The notes beneath the pieces were generated by a model, which was not told the origin of the DNA, did no database searches, and saw only the letters and a list, made by a program, of their open reading frames with translations. Both the position numbers and the translations under genes were made by a program. A stretch of 64,000 nt of DNA from Heterodontus francisci (taxonomy: Eukaryota): the NCBI RefSeq assembly GCF_036365525.1, contig NC_090391.1, positions 61,152,591 through 61,216,590 of the forward strand, in the 5' to 3' direction. Of the stretch, positions 1 through 12,099 are shown piece after piece; the first letter of the stretch is position 1, and every line of letters starts with the position of its first letter.

Positions 1-2355
1 ACTCGGGAAGGGGACATACTGGACCTGGTGTTGGGGAATGAGCCCGGCCAGGTTGTTGACATTTCAGTAGGGGACTACTTTGGGAATAGTGATCACAATT
101 CCGTAAGTTTTAGAATACTCATGGACAAAGACGAGAGTGGTCCTAAAGGAAGAGTGCAAAATTGGGGTTTGGCCAACTATACCAAAATTCGACAGGAGCT
201 GGGGAATGTAGATTGGGAGCAGCTGTTTGTAGGCAAATCCACATTTGATATGTGGGAGGCCTTTAAAGAGAGGTTGATTAGCGTGCAGGAGAGACATGTT
301 CCTGTGAAAATGAGGGGTAGAAATGGCAAGATTAGGGAACCATGGATGACAGGTGAAATTGTGAGACTAGCAAAGATGAAAAAGGAAACATACATAAGGT
401 CTAGGCGGCTGAAGAAAGACGAAGCTTTGAAAGAATATCGGGATTGTCGGCGCAATCTGAAACGAGGAATTAAGTGGGCTAAAAGGGGTCATGAAATATC
501 TTTAGCAAACAGGGCTCAGGAAAACCCCAAAGCCTTTTATTCATATATAAGGAGCAAGAGGGTAACTAGAGAAAGGATTGGCCCACTCAAGGACAAAGGA
601 GGAAAGTTATGCGTGGAGTCAGAGAAAATGGGTGAGATTCTAAATGAGTACTTTGCATCGATATTCACCGAGGAGAGGGACATGACGGATGTTGAGGTTA
701 GGGACAGATGTTTGATTACTCTAGGTCAAGTCGGCATAAGGAGGGAGGAAGTGTTGGGTATTCGAAAAGGTATCAAGGTGGACAAGTCCCCAGGTCCGGA
801 TGGGATCTATCCCACGTTTATGTGGGAAGCGAGAGAGGAAATAGTTGGGGCCTTAACAGATATCTTTGCAACATACTTAAGCACGGGTGAGATTCCGGAA
901 GACTGGAGAATTGCTAATGTTGTCCCCCTGTTTAAGAAGGGTAGCAGGGATAATCCAGGTAATTATAGACAGGTGAGCCTGACGTCAGTGGTAGGGAAGC
1001 TGCTGGAGAAGATACTGAGGGATAGGATCTCTTCCCATCTGGAAGAAAATGGGCTTATCAGTGAAAGGCAACATGGTTTTGTGCAGGGAAGGTCATGTCT
1101 TACCAACTTAATAGAATTCTTTGAGGAAGTGACAAAGTTGATTGATGAGGGAAGGGCTGTAGATGTCATATACATGGACTTCAGTAAGGCGTTTGATAAG
1201 GTTCCCCATGGTAGGCTGATGGAGAAAGTGAAGGTGCATGGGGTCCAAGGTGTACTAGCTAGATGGATAAAGAACTGGCTGGGCAACAGGAGACAGAGGG
1301 TAGCAGTGGAAGGGAGTTTCTCAAAATGGAGACGTGTGACCAGTTGTGTTCCACAGGGATCCGTGCTGGGACCACTGTTGTTTGTGATATACAGAAATGA
1401 TTTGGAGGAAAGTATAGATGGTCTGATTAGCAAGTTTGCAGCCGACACTAAGATTGCTGGAGCAGCAGATAGTGAAGGGGACTGTCATAGAATACAGCAG
1501 AATATAGATAGACTGGAGAGTTGGGCAGAGAAATGGCAGATGGAGTTCAATCAGGGCAAATGCGAGGTGATGCATTTTGGAAGATCCAATTCAAGAGTGA
1601 ACTATACAGTAAATGGAAAAGTCCTGGGGTAAATTGATGTACAGAGAGATTTGGGTGTTCAGGTCCATTGTTCCCTGAAGGTGGCAACGCAGGTCAATAG
1701 AGTGGTCAAGAAGGCATACGGCATGCTTTCCTTCATCGGACGGGGTATTGAGTACAAGAGTTGGCAGGTCATGTTACAGTTGTATAGGACTTTGGTTCGG
1801 CCACATTTGGAATACTGCGTGCAGTTCTGGTCGCCACATTACCAAAAGGATGTGGATGCTTTGGAGAGTGTGCAGAGGAGGTTCACCAGGATGTTTCCTG
1901 GTATGGGGGGCGCTAGCTATGAAGAGAGGTTGATTAGATTAGGATTATTTTCATTAGAAAGACGGAGGCTGAGGGAGGACCTGATTGAGGTGTACAAAAT
2001 CATGAGAGGTGTAGACAGGATGGATAGCAAGAAGCTTTTTCCCAGAGTGGGGGATTCAATTACAAGGGGACACGAGTTCAAAGTGAAAGGGGAAAAGTTT
2101 AGGGGGGAAATGCTTGGAAAGTTCTTTATGCAGAGGGTGGTGGGTGCATGGAATACATTGCCAGCGGAGGTGGTAGACGCGGGCACGATAGCGTCTTTTA
2201 AGATGTATCTGGACAGATACATGAATGGGCAGGAAGTAAAGAGATACAGACCCTTCGAAAATAGGCGCCAGGTTTAGATCGAGGATTTGGAGCGGCGTAG
2301 GCTTGGAGGGCCGAAGGGCCTGTTCCTGTGCTGTAATGTTCTTTGTTCTTTGTTC
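1..2355 (+). mobile_element. CR1-clade LINE, ORF2 (endonuclease C-terminus and RT) plus 3' UTR; runs off the left window edge
   Basis: ORFs 28-1632 and 1651-2277 are in the same frame, separated by one TAA (1630-1632). Motifs SDHN, KSPGPDG, DFSKAFDKVPH, VPQGSVLGP, FAAD(FADD), RPHLEYC. Ends in a GGCC-GAAG-GGCC stem-loop and (GTTCTTT)n tail. Confidence 0.95.
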
Positions 2356-2409
2356 AGTGGGCCGAAGGGCCTTTTTCTGTGCTGTATCTCTTAACTAAAA
2401 TAAATAGAA

Positions 2410-3043
2410 CTGGTTGATAATGTGTTTAGGATGGCAAATGGGGTACTTGCCTTCGTTAGCTGAGGCAAAGAATATGAGAGCAGATAAGTTATGATGGAGC
2501 TGTACAAAACGCTAGTTGGGCCACAGCTGGAGTACTGTGTACAGTTCTGGGAACCACACTGTAGGAAGGGTGTCATTTCCCTGGAGAGGATGCACAGGAG
2601 ATTCACCAGGAAGTTGTCTGGGCTGGAGCATTTCCGTGATGAAGCAAGACTGGGGTTGTTTTCCTTCATACAGAGAAGGCTGAGGTGGGACTTCATTGAG
2701 GTGTACAAAATTATGAGCGGCATTGATAGGTTACATAAAAAGATTTTTTTTCCATTAGCGGAGGTGTCTATAACAGGGGGCATAGACTTAAGGTAAGGGA
2801 CAGGAGGTTTAGAGGGGATTTATTTTTTACTCATAAGGTTCTTGGAATCTGGAATGCACTGCCGGAAGCGCTGGTCGAGGCAGGCACCCGAACCAAATTT
2901 AAGAAGTATTTAGATGAGCACGTGAAACGTCATAGCATACCACGCTGCGGGCAGAGTGATGGAAAATGGGATTAGAATAGTTAGGTGTTTGATGGCCAGC
3001 ACAGACACCATGGGCTGTCGGGCCTGCTTCTGTGATGTATAAC
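2410..3043 (+). mobile_element. Older CR1 3' fragment
   Basis: ORF 2491-2796 LYKTLVGPQLEYCVQFW...; degenerate 3' stem-loop. Confidence 0.85.
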
Positions 3044-3277
3044 TAGATTAGATTTTTAGATTAGAGATACAGCACTGAAACAGGCCCTTCGGCCCACCGA
3101 GTCTGTGCCAAACATCAAGCACCCATTTATACTAATCCTACACTAATCCCATATTCCTACCAAACATCCCCACCTGTCCCTATATTTCCCTACCACCTAC
3201 CTACACTAGTCACAATTTATAATGGCCAATTTACCTATCAACCTGCAAGTCTTTTGGCTTGTTGGAGGAAACCGGAG
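3044..3277 (-). mobile_element. HE1-like V-SINE, 5'-truncated
   Basis: Matches the 3' two-thirds of the full copies at 33084 and 40279; (AATCT)n tail and CR1-type stem-loop. Confidence 0.85.
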
Positions 3278-3279
3278 AA

Positions 3280-3585
3280 AATCCTTTCCTCTCCAAATCC
3301 CTTCAGCATATATTGCCTCCCAAATCCATGTGCGCATCCTTCTGACAATAACATATTTGTATCTCTTGATTCAGCTTTCTATTCCTGCCACAATACTCAA
3401 AACTTCGCAAACAAAGTGATACATCACACCTTCTGCGACAGTTACTGTGGTGCACAATCTCTGCACAAGACCTCCTCGGTCTCTCTGCATTATTTGACAT
3501 GTTCACATACAACTCTCCTTCTATGTCTCTGATCTGTTCTCCAGACAACCGGTCTGGCCTGCATGCGGTGCTACTCTTATGTGCT
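3280..3585 (+). mobile_element. Degraded L2-clade LINE RT fragment; appears to continue at about 7040-7770
   Basis: Decayed resemblance to L2 RT coding sequence (QSGFR..HST..L.KV, DLSAAFDT); split by the CR1 at 3590-7040. Confidence 0.5.
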
Positions 3586-4015
3586 GTCTAATAGTAACAT
3601 AGAAACATGGAAAATAGGAACAGGATTAGGCAATTCAGCCATTCGAGGCGGCTCCGCCATTCATTATTACCATGACTGATCATCCAACTCAGTAATCTGT
3701 TCCCGAGTTTCGGCCCATACCCTTTGATTCCTTTAGACCCAAGAGCTATGTCCAACTCCTTCTGGAAAACATACAATGTCTGGGCATCAACTGATTTCTG
3801 TGGTAGCGTATTCCACAGGTTCACCACTATGTGGGTGAAGAAATGTCTCCTCATCTCAGTCCTGAAAGGTTTACCCTGTATCCATAGACTATGACAACTG
3901 GTTCTGGATTCCCCGACCATCAGGAACATCCTTCCTGCATCTACCCTGTCAAGTCCTGTTAGAATGTTATAGGTTGCTATGACATCCCACGTCCTCTTCT
4001 GAATTCCAGCGAATT

Positions 4016-4155
4016 TAAAGAACAAAGAACAAAGAACAGTACATCACAGGAACAGGCCATTCGGCGCCGATCTTGATGCCTTTCTAAACTAAAATCTTCT
4101 GCACTTCTGGGGTCCGTATCCCTCTATTCCCATCCAATTCATGTATTTGTCAAGA
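4016..4155 (-). mobile_element. Short CR1 3'-end fragment nested in the CR1 above
   Basis: (AAAGAAC)n tail and 3' UTR similar to those at 51490 and 59843. Confidence 0.8.
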
Positions 4156-4205
4156 TAATATAATATAATATAATATAATATAATATAATATAATATAATA
4201 TAATA
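4156..4205. repeat. (TAATA)10 microsatellite
   Basis: Perfect pentanucleotide run read directly. Confidence 0.97.
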
Positions 4206-7200
4206 TTAACCAAATCAATCTCTCCTCATACGTCAGTCTCGCCACCCCGGGAATCAGTCTGGTAAACCTTTGCTGCACTCCCTATACAGCAAGAACATCC
4301 TTCCTCAGATAAGGAGACCAAAACTGCACACAATTTTCCAGGTGTGGCCTCACCAAGGCCCTGTATATTTGCAGCAAGATATCCCTGCTCCTGTACTCGA
4401 ATCCTCTCGCTATGAAGGCCAACATACCATTTGCCTTTTTACTGCCTGTTGGACCTGCATGCTTACCTTCAGCGTCTGGTGCACGAGAACACCCAGGTCT
4501 CACTGAATATTCCCCTCTCTCAGTTTATTGCCGTTCAGATAATAATCTGCTTTCCTGTTTTTGCTACCAAAGTGGATAACCTTACATTTATCCACATTAT
4601 ATTGCATCTGCGATGCATTTTCCCACTCACTCAACCGGTCCAAATCGTCCTGAAGCCTTTCTGTATCCTCCTCACAACTCATCCTCCCACCCAGTTTTGT
4701 ATCATCTGCAAATTTGGAGATATTACATTTAGCTCCCTCATTGAAATCATTAATAGATAATGTGAATATCTGGGGTCCTCGCACCGCACCCTGCGGTACC
4801 CCACTGGTCACTGCCTGCCATTTGGAAAAAGATCCATTTACTCCTACACTTTGTTTCCCGTCTGCCAACCAATTTTCTATCCATCGCAATACACTACCCC
4901 CAGTCCCATGCACTTTAATTTTATATGCCAATCTCTTTTGTGGGACTTTCTCGAAAGCCTTCGGAAAGTCCAAATAAACCACATCCACTGGCTCCCCCTC
5001 ATCAACTCTGCTAGTTACATCCTCGAAGAATTCTAGTAGATTTGTGAAGCATGATTTCCTTTTCGCAAATTCATGCTGACTCTGCCCGATTCTCCCACTG
5101 TTCTCGAAGTGCTCTGCCATAAAATCTTTGATAATGGACTCTCGAATTTTCCTTACTACCGATGTCAGGCTGACTGCTTTATAACTCCCTCCTGTCTCTC
5201 GACCTCCTTTTTTAAATAGTGGGGTTACATTAGCTACCCTCCAATCTGTAGGAACTGTTCCAGAGTCTATGGAATCTTGGAAGATGACCACCAATGCATC
5301 CACTTTTTCTAGGGCCACTTCCTTATGTTCTCTGGGATGCATACCATCAGGCCCTGGGGATTTATCGGCCTTCAATTCCATCAATTTCACCAACACCATT
5401 TCTCTACGAATACTGATTTCCTTCAGATTCTCCCTCTCACTGAGCCCTGTGTTCCCCAACATTACTGATATGATATCTATATCTTCCTTTGTGAAGACAG
5501 AATCAAATTATGCATTTAGTTGGTCATCCATTTCTTTGTTCCCCATAATAAATCCCCCTGTTTCTGACTGTAAGGCACCTACATTTGTCTTGACGAATCT
5601 TTTTCTCTTCACATACCGATAGAAACTTTTACAGTCAGTTTTCATGTTCCCTGCATGGTTGCTCCCGAACTCTATTTTCCCCTTCTTCATCAATCCCATG
5701 GTTCTTATTTGTTGTATTATAACTGCTCCCAATCCTCAGGTCTGTTGTTTTTTTTTTCTTGCAAATTTATATGCCTCTTCCTTGGATTTAATACTATCTC
5801 TAATTTCCATTGTAAGCCATAGTTTGGCTACCTTTCCGGTTTTACTTTTCGCCAGAAAGGGATGACCAATTGTTGCAGCTCATCCATGCGCTCTTTAAAT
5901 GTTTGCCACTGCCTATCCACCGTCATCCGTTGAAGTAACGTTTCCCAATCCGTCATAGCTAACTTGCGGCTCATACCTTCGTAGTTTCCTTGACTGAGAT
6001 TCAGGACCCGAGTCTCAGAATCAACTACGTCACTCTCCATCTTGATGAAGCATTCTATCACATTATGGTCGCTCATCTAGGAGTCTCGCACCACCAGATT
6101 GTCAATTATTCCACTCTCATCACACAATACCCAGTCTAGGATGGCCTGTTCTCTAGTTGGTTCCTCAACGTATTGGTTCAGAAAACCATCCCGTATACAC
6201 TCCAAGAATTCCTTCTCTACTGTATTGTGACTGATTTGATTTGCCCAATCTATATGCAGATTAAGGTAACCCATAATTGCAGAATCAGTTCCTTTATCAC
6301 ATGCGTCTCTAATTTCCTGTTGAATCCCATTGCCAACATTACAGCTACAAAGTGGGGGGTCTATGGACAACACGCACTCACTTTCTTTGCCCCTTTGTGT
6401 TTCTCAGCTCTACTCATGCAGATTCCACATCGTCAGAGCTAATATCTTTCCCCACTATTGCATTAATTTCCTCTTTAACCAGCAATGCAACTCCAGCATC
6501 GTTTGCTTTTTGCTTGTCCTTCTTAAATGCTAAATACCTCTGGGTGTTCATTTCCCATCCCTGATCACCTTGCAGCCATGTCTCCGTAATCTCGACTATA
6601 TCAGACCCGTTGACATCTATTTGCAAGATTAATTCATCCACTTCATTGCAAATGCTCCGTGCGTTAATGCACAAAGCCTTAAGGCTTGACATTTTAGCAT
6701 TACGTGTCCCTTTCCCACTATTTTTCACTGCGGACCTGTTTGCTTCTGGCCCTTGATTTCTGTGCCAATCATTTTTCTTATTCCCCTGACTGTCGTTTGT
6801 ATTTGACTTTGATGCCCCCTCATCTGACTCTTTGGAAAGGTTCGCATCCCACTGCCATTTTAGTTTAAACCCTCCCCCAACCACTCTCGCAAATACTCCC
6901 ACGAGGACATTAGTCCCGATCCTGGCCAGGTGTAACCCTTCCAGTTTGTACTGCCCCACCTCCCTCATAATCGGTCCCAATATACCAGGAATCTAAAACC
7001 CTCCCCCTCACACCATCTCTTCAGCCACGTATTCATCCGGTCTCACCTTTTTCCTTGGAGCCTCCAACGATCTATTCTAACCTTCTTGCTCTTCTTTCCT
7101 ATCGCCATGCTGCCAGATGAAGATATTATCAGAATACTAGGATCAGCTTCCACATGTACACTGACCACACTTATTTCGAACTCTCCATTACCTTACACTG

Positions 7201-7782
7201 TCACTGGTTTTCAGGTTGCTTGAATGACGCGCAGAATTTGTGATTCACGGTTTCCTCCAGTTAAACACTGGAAGGACAGGAGTCACCGTCTTCGAGGCCA
7301 CAACACAATCTCTGTACCTTCCATTCTCTGCTACTACTCCCTGGCCTTTGTCTCAGCTGGTCCCATAATGTTTGCAACTTTGACTTACCGGTCGATCCCA
7401 CGATGAGCATCAGGAACTCCTATTCTCTCACCACAAAGACCACCTACTTCCATAACGTCAGTGTTCTCTATTCACTACGCAGACCGTGTGAGGTTGAAAC
7501 TCTCAGCCATGCTCTTGTCATCTGGAGACTTATTTTATCCAATGGCCCCCAGGTCAATATTCCATTTACAAGATTAACAAACCTCAGCTCCACTAAAACT
7601 CTGCTCCTCACGTCTTATCCCATTCAAGCTCCTCCAATCCAACAAACATGTTCTTGTTGAACTTCACCTGGTTCTAGGCCTTCAAAACCTCGAATTTTGA
7701 GTTCTGATCCTTGCTTTGGTAGTCAATAACATTCTCCAGTCCAACTAAAGACCGCCCTCCAATCAGTAACATCCATGTTAAT

Positions 7783-8142
7783 AAAAGGAAAATACTGCGG
7801 ATGCTGGAAATCTGAAACAAAAACAAGAAATGCTGGAATCACTCAGCAGGTCTGGCAGCATCTGTGGAAAGAGAAGCAGAGTTAACGTTTCGGGTCAGTG
7901 ACCCTTCTTCGGAACTGATAAATATTAGAAAAGTCACAGATTATAAACAAGTGAGGTGGGGGTGGGGCAAGAGATAACAGAAGAGAAGGAGCATGATTGG
8001 ACCAGGCCACATAGCTGACCAAATGTTCAAGGAACAAAGGTAAACAATATGTTAATGGCGTGTTGAAAGACAAAGCATTAGTGCAGATTAGGTATGAATA
8101 CACTGAATATTGAACAGCAGCAAGTGCAAACCTGAAGAACAT
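7783..8142 (-). mobile_element. Penelope-like element 3' terminal fragment with 16-bp TSD
   Basis: Reverse complement of about 22690-23053; TSD TAACATCCATGTTAAT at 7767-7782 and 8143-8158. Confidence 0.9.
7880..7916 (-). ncRNA. Minimal type-I hammerhead ribozyme motif (Penelope-associated)
   Basis: AGUU-CCGAAGA-A-GGGUC(ACU)GACCC-GAAA-CGUU-AACU, identical to 22918-22954. Confidence 0.65.
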
Positions 8143-8289
8143 TAACATCCATGTTAATGTTCATTTGCCCTACAATCGTGGTAATGACTTCAATGTTATT
8201 GTTTTACTATTAATCTTTGCATGGAACTTATTCCATGATAAACCAGTAGCGTTAAACTCTCTGGCCTTGCTGTGCTACTCTGTTGTCTG

Positions 8290-9300
8290 TAGACATATCA
8301 CTACAGTGCTTTGTTGCCTCGACTTTTCTCTGCAGAATTACTTATCTCCCTTCATATGAATCTTTTCCCACCATTTTACTTCAAAGTCCTTCCTGGATCC
8401 CTAGTTATATGATTCACCATATGATGAATCCTATGGTCCCACCCTGGTTTAACTGGAGCCCATACCAATGGAACAGCTCCCTCTTTGCCCAGCAATGGTG
8501 CCAGTACCCCATGAATGGAAGCTCATCCTTTGAGCCAACCATATAATCATCTAACCTTCTTGACCCTGTGCCAATTGGTCCGTTTCTCGGATAACAATCT
8601 GATCGGAGAGTATTATCTATGAGATTCTGCATTTGAATTTGGACACTAACTCCTCAAACTCTATCTGCAGAGCATCATTCCTCTTTCTGCAGAAGATATT
8701 TTTTCCTATTTGGACCATGACAACTGGATCCTCCACCTTACTTTCTAATTTCATCTCCAGCTGGCATTGGGAAGGTCTCGAACTTTAGGAACTCCAGGTC
8801 GTGGCTGCAGATAAAAGTAACTATTTCCTGATTATACTGCCCGCTGTCTTTGCCACATTCCATTTTAGTGCCCCACTTGAATGTCATCCGGCACCATGGA
8901 GTTTTGGTCACTTTGCCCATTCACTCTGCAGTCCTTGTACTCATCCACACTGGTAACAAGTACCTCATGCCTGTTGGTCAAAATCAAGGACCAAGGCTCC
9001 TCCATCATTAAATGTTGGACCCACATAGCTGTCTGATTCACAGTTACATCCTCGTTTCCATGACCATTGACTGACTCAGATGTTCAACTTAACCAAAGGT
9101 GTGTGACTGCCTCCTGGAACAATGTGTCCTGCGAACTCTCCCCGTTTCTGAGGGCGCACATTGAATGCAGCTCGGACTCTACCTCAACAACTCGGAGACA
9201 ATGTTGCAGACACTTACCCCAGATCTGCCTGTCCAGCATCTCAATACTCTCCACAAGCTCCCACCTGTTGCAGTGACAGAACCTCGTCTGCTCTACAATG
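8290..9300 (-). mobile_element. Highly degraded CR1 ORF1 (esterase-type) fragment
   Basis: ORF 8414-8632 FMGYWH..W...ELFHWYGLQLNQGGT resembles the CR1 ORF1 DGLHL region; 9084-9308 has a Cys-rich N-terminus and coiled coil. Confidence 0.65.
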
Positions 9301-9337
9301 TCTGTCAAACCTTATTTATTCATTTACTGAGTTAACT

Positions 9338-9771
9338 TGTGAAAGGGAGTTCAGTCACCCTCCGATTCCACAATAGACCACACAAGACTCAAGTTCTTTA
9401 TTCACCGGTTTATTGCATGCATATGGAGGAGAGACCGTACCCATACAAACACCCCGAGTGGTTACAAAGCATCATTTTTATACCATTTTACCGATAACAG
9501 TTTGTTTGAATTTACCAATCAATCGGTTACACTTCGTACTCTCTTTTCTGTATCCAATTGTGTCTACCTGTACATAGCTAGGTTACCCTATTACATTCTA
9601 AGCAGGTATACATGATATTTTCCAATCATGAGAAAGACATGTACACATGAAACTTAGAGAGTTGTCTGGTTTTTGTCACTCTTGACAGCATCAGGTCTTC
9701 TCCTTTGTTCAAACTAAGGTATGTACACATTAAACATAGTTGACCCTTGCCTGGTTCAAATCACTGTAACA
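9338..9771 (-). mobile_element. Probable retroviral-type LTR (upstream boundary uncertain)
   Basis: On the minus strand, in order: CCAAT boxes (9622, 9554, 9515), TATAAAA (9482-9476), two AATAAA (9414-9409, 9402-9397), ending ...TTTCACA at 9338. Possible start TGTTACA at 9771. Confidence 0.6.
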
Positions 9772-10144
9772 GCTCGTGGTTCATCAGGCCTTCTCCTGTG
9801 TTCACTGTCCCAGTCATTTTTCTGCTCCAACAGCGCTTGCCACCGCTGCCCCCACCCCCCGCCGCCACTTTTGGCCCTTGACCTGCCCAAGTTGGCTAAG
9901 CACCAGCGTTGAGAGTTCCTCCATTTGCCCTCAGGTGGCCAGTCGTTCAGACGTCTGGAGGAATCCTAAACTGCCAAACTATGTAGATTAGCTTTTCCTC
10001 TTATCCCCATATCCCTTCCCCTTGTGTGCATGGCTGATACCGGAGCATATCCTCAAAATGCCATTTTATACCCTTTTAGGGATCGCCGCTGGTAGTGACA
10101 CAGACCATACCAACTGTGCCAAACGAAAAATGGCCATTACCATT

Positions 10145-10146
<2 letters not shown>

Positions 10147-10178
<32 letters not shown>
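10147..10178. repeat. (AT)16 microsatellite flanking the RTE 3' end
   Basis: Read directly. Confidence 0.97.
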
Positions 10179-10180
<2 letters not shown>

Positions 10181-11064
10181 TTTTCTTTTTTTTTCTTCTT
10201 TGGGCCTCCTTATCTCGAGAGACAATGGATACGCGCCTGGAGGTGGTCAGTGGTTTGTGAAGCAGCGCCTGGAGTGGCTATAAAGGCCAATTCTGGAGTG
10301 ACAGGCTCTTCCACAGGTGCTGCAGAGAAATTTGTTTGTTGGGGCTGTTGCACAGTTGGCTCTCCCCTTGCGCCTCTGTCTTTTTTCCTGCCAACTACTA
10401 AGTCTCTTCGACTCGCCACAATTTAGCCCTGTCTTTATGGCTGCCCGCCAGCTCTGGCGAATGCTGGCAACTGACTCCCACGACTTGTGATCAATGTCAC
10501 ATGATTTCATGTCGCGTTTGCAGACGTCTTTATAACGGAGACATGGACGGCCGGTGGGTCTGATACCAGTGGCGAGCTCGCTGTACAATGTGTCTTTGGG
10601 GATCCTGCCATCTTCCATGCGGCTCACATGGCCAAGCCATCTCAAGCGCCGCTGACTCAGTAGTGTGTATAAGCTGGGGATGTTGGCCGCTTCAAGGACT
10701 TCTGTGTTGGAGATATAGTCCTGCCACCTGATGCCAAGTATTCTCCGAAGGCAGCGAAGATGGAATGAATTGAGACGTCGCTCTTGGCTGGCATACGTTG
10801 TCCAGGCCTCGCTGCCGTAGAGCAAGGTACTGAGGACACAGGCCTGATACACTCGGACTTTTGTGTTCCGTGTCAGTGCGCCATTTTCCCACACTCTCTT
10901 GGCCAGTCTGAACATAGCAGTGGAAGCCTTACCCATGCGCTTGTTGATTTCTGCATCTAGAGACAGGTTACTGGTGATAGTTGCGCCTAGGTAGGTGAAC
11001 TCTTGAACCACTTCCAGAGCGTGGTCGCCAATATTGATGGATGGAGCATTTCTGACATCCTGCC

Positions 11065-11067
<3 letters not shown>
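10179..11067 (-). mobile_element. Young 5'-truncated RTE-clade LINE
   Basis: Uninterrupted ORF 10247-11068: FTYLG, LLYGSEAW, RRLRWLGHV.RM...RIPK, GRP, C-terminal CSTC..H..H; A-rich tail. Confidence 0.93.

Positions 11068-11095
<28 letters not shown>
11068..11095. repeat. (AT)14 microsatellite flanking the RTE 5' end
   Basis: Read directly. Confidence 0.97.
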
Positions 11096-11099
<4 letters not shown>

Positions 11100-11498
11100 C
11101 ATTCATGAGATGTGGGCGTCACTGGCCAGGCTAGCTTTTATTGCCCATCCCTAATTGCCCTAGAGAAAGTGGTGGTGAGCTGAGTGGCTTGCGAGGCCAT
11201 TTTAGAGGGCATGTAAGAGTCAACCACATTGCTGTGGGTCTCGAGTCACATGTAGGCCAGACCAGGTAAGGACAGCAGATTTGCTTCCCTAAAGGGCATT
11301 ACTGAACCAGATGGGTTTTTACAACAATCGGCAATGGTTTCATGGCCATAATTGGAATAGCTTTTTAATTCCAGATTTATTAATTGAATTCAAATTCCAC
11401 CTTCTGTTGTGGTGGGATTCGAACCCATGTCCCCAGAGCAATACCCTGGGTGTCTGGGTTATTAGTCCAGTGACAATACCACTACGCCACTGCCTCCC
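11096..11498 (-). mobile_element. Full-length tRNA-derived SINE (second family, distinct from HE1)
   Basis: Minus strand starts GGGAGGCAGTGGCGTAGTGG (A box) ... GGTTCGAATCCC (B box) and ends ...CACATCTCATGAATGAAT. Degraded relatives at 23205 and 62230. Confidence 0.85.
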
Positions 11499-11589
11499 AA
11501 TGCCACCAATTTGTCAGTCGCCATGCGGCAGAGTAATTTCTGGCCCACCTCGCCAACTGTGTGGCTGATCTGTTGGCCAGGACTATGTG

Positions 11590-11856
11590 GATGCGCCCCC
11601 GTGTGATTTGTTCTTTCCAAGCCTGGTTTATGTTTTGCACATATGATACACTGCTGGCAGTATCTCGCTGCTTCCCTGCCCATCCTTCGCCACCTCCAAC
11701 TCCGGCTCATAAGGTCCACCATATGATTTCACCCGGTATGTTACGCCCCATGGTAGATTTCTAACAATATACGCCTGATACCCTGGGGACCTATAACCCT
11801 TCCTTCCTTTCGCCAAATTCCGTCCTCATCTCTCTCTGCTCCCCATCCTTCCCACT
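11590..11856 (-). pseudogene. Retroviral-type (ERV-like) integrase N-terminal HHCC zinc-finger remnant
   Basis: Translates as WEGWGAERDEDGIWRKEGRVIGPQGIRRILLEIYHGA*HTG*NHMVDLMSRSWRWRRMGREAARYCQQCIICAKHKPG, with two in-frame stops. Confidence 0.75.
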
Positions 11857-12088
11857 ACAATATGCACTGATGCAACGCACCAAAGCTCCTTAGACAGCAC
11901 CTTCCAAACCCTCGACCTCTACCAACTACAAGGACAAGGGCGGCAAATGCATGGGAACACCACCACCTGCAAATTCCCCTCCAACTTACACACCATCCTG
12001 ACATGGAACTATATCGCCCTTCCTTCACCGTCGCTGGGTCAAAATCCTGGAACTCCCTTCCTAACAGCACTGTGGGTGCACATACCTC
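11857..12088 (+). mobile_element. CR1/L2-group LINE 3' fragment
   Basis: Ends in ...SFTVAGSKSWNSLPNS, the typical WNxLP ORF2 C-terminus. Confidence 0.65.
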
Positions 12089-12099
12089 TTGGGCTGCAT

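Larger units (their letters stand above)
3590..7040 (-). mobile_element. CR1 LINE (ORF1 end, ORF2 EN and RT, 3' UTR), frameshifted
   Basis: Minus-strand ORFs 6414-6980 (GLHL, NARSI, ETWL), 5828-6076 (SDHN), 4500-5462 (KSPGPDG, FADD), 4282-4503 and 3588-4025. Confidence 0.93.

Noticed and set aside
1-2277. CR1 ORF2 as a currently active RT with stop read-through
   Set aside because: Besides the TAA at 1630, the catalytic FADD is mutated to FAAD, so this is a dead copy.
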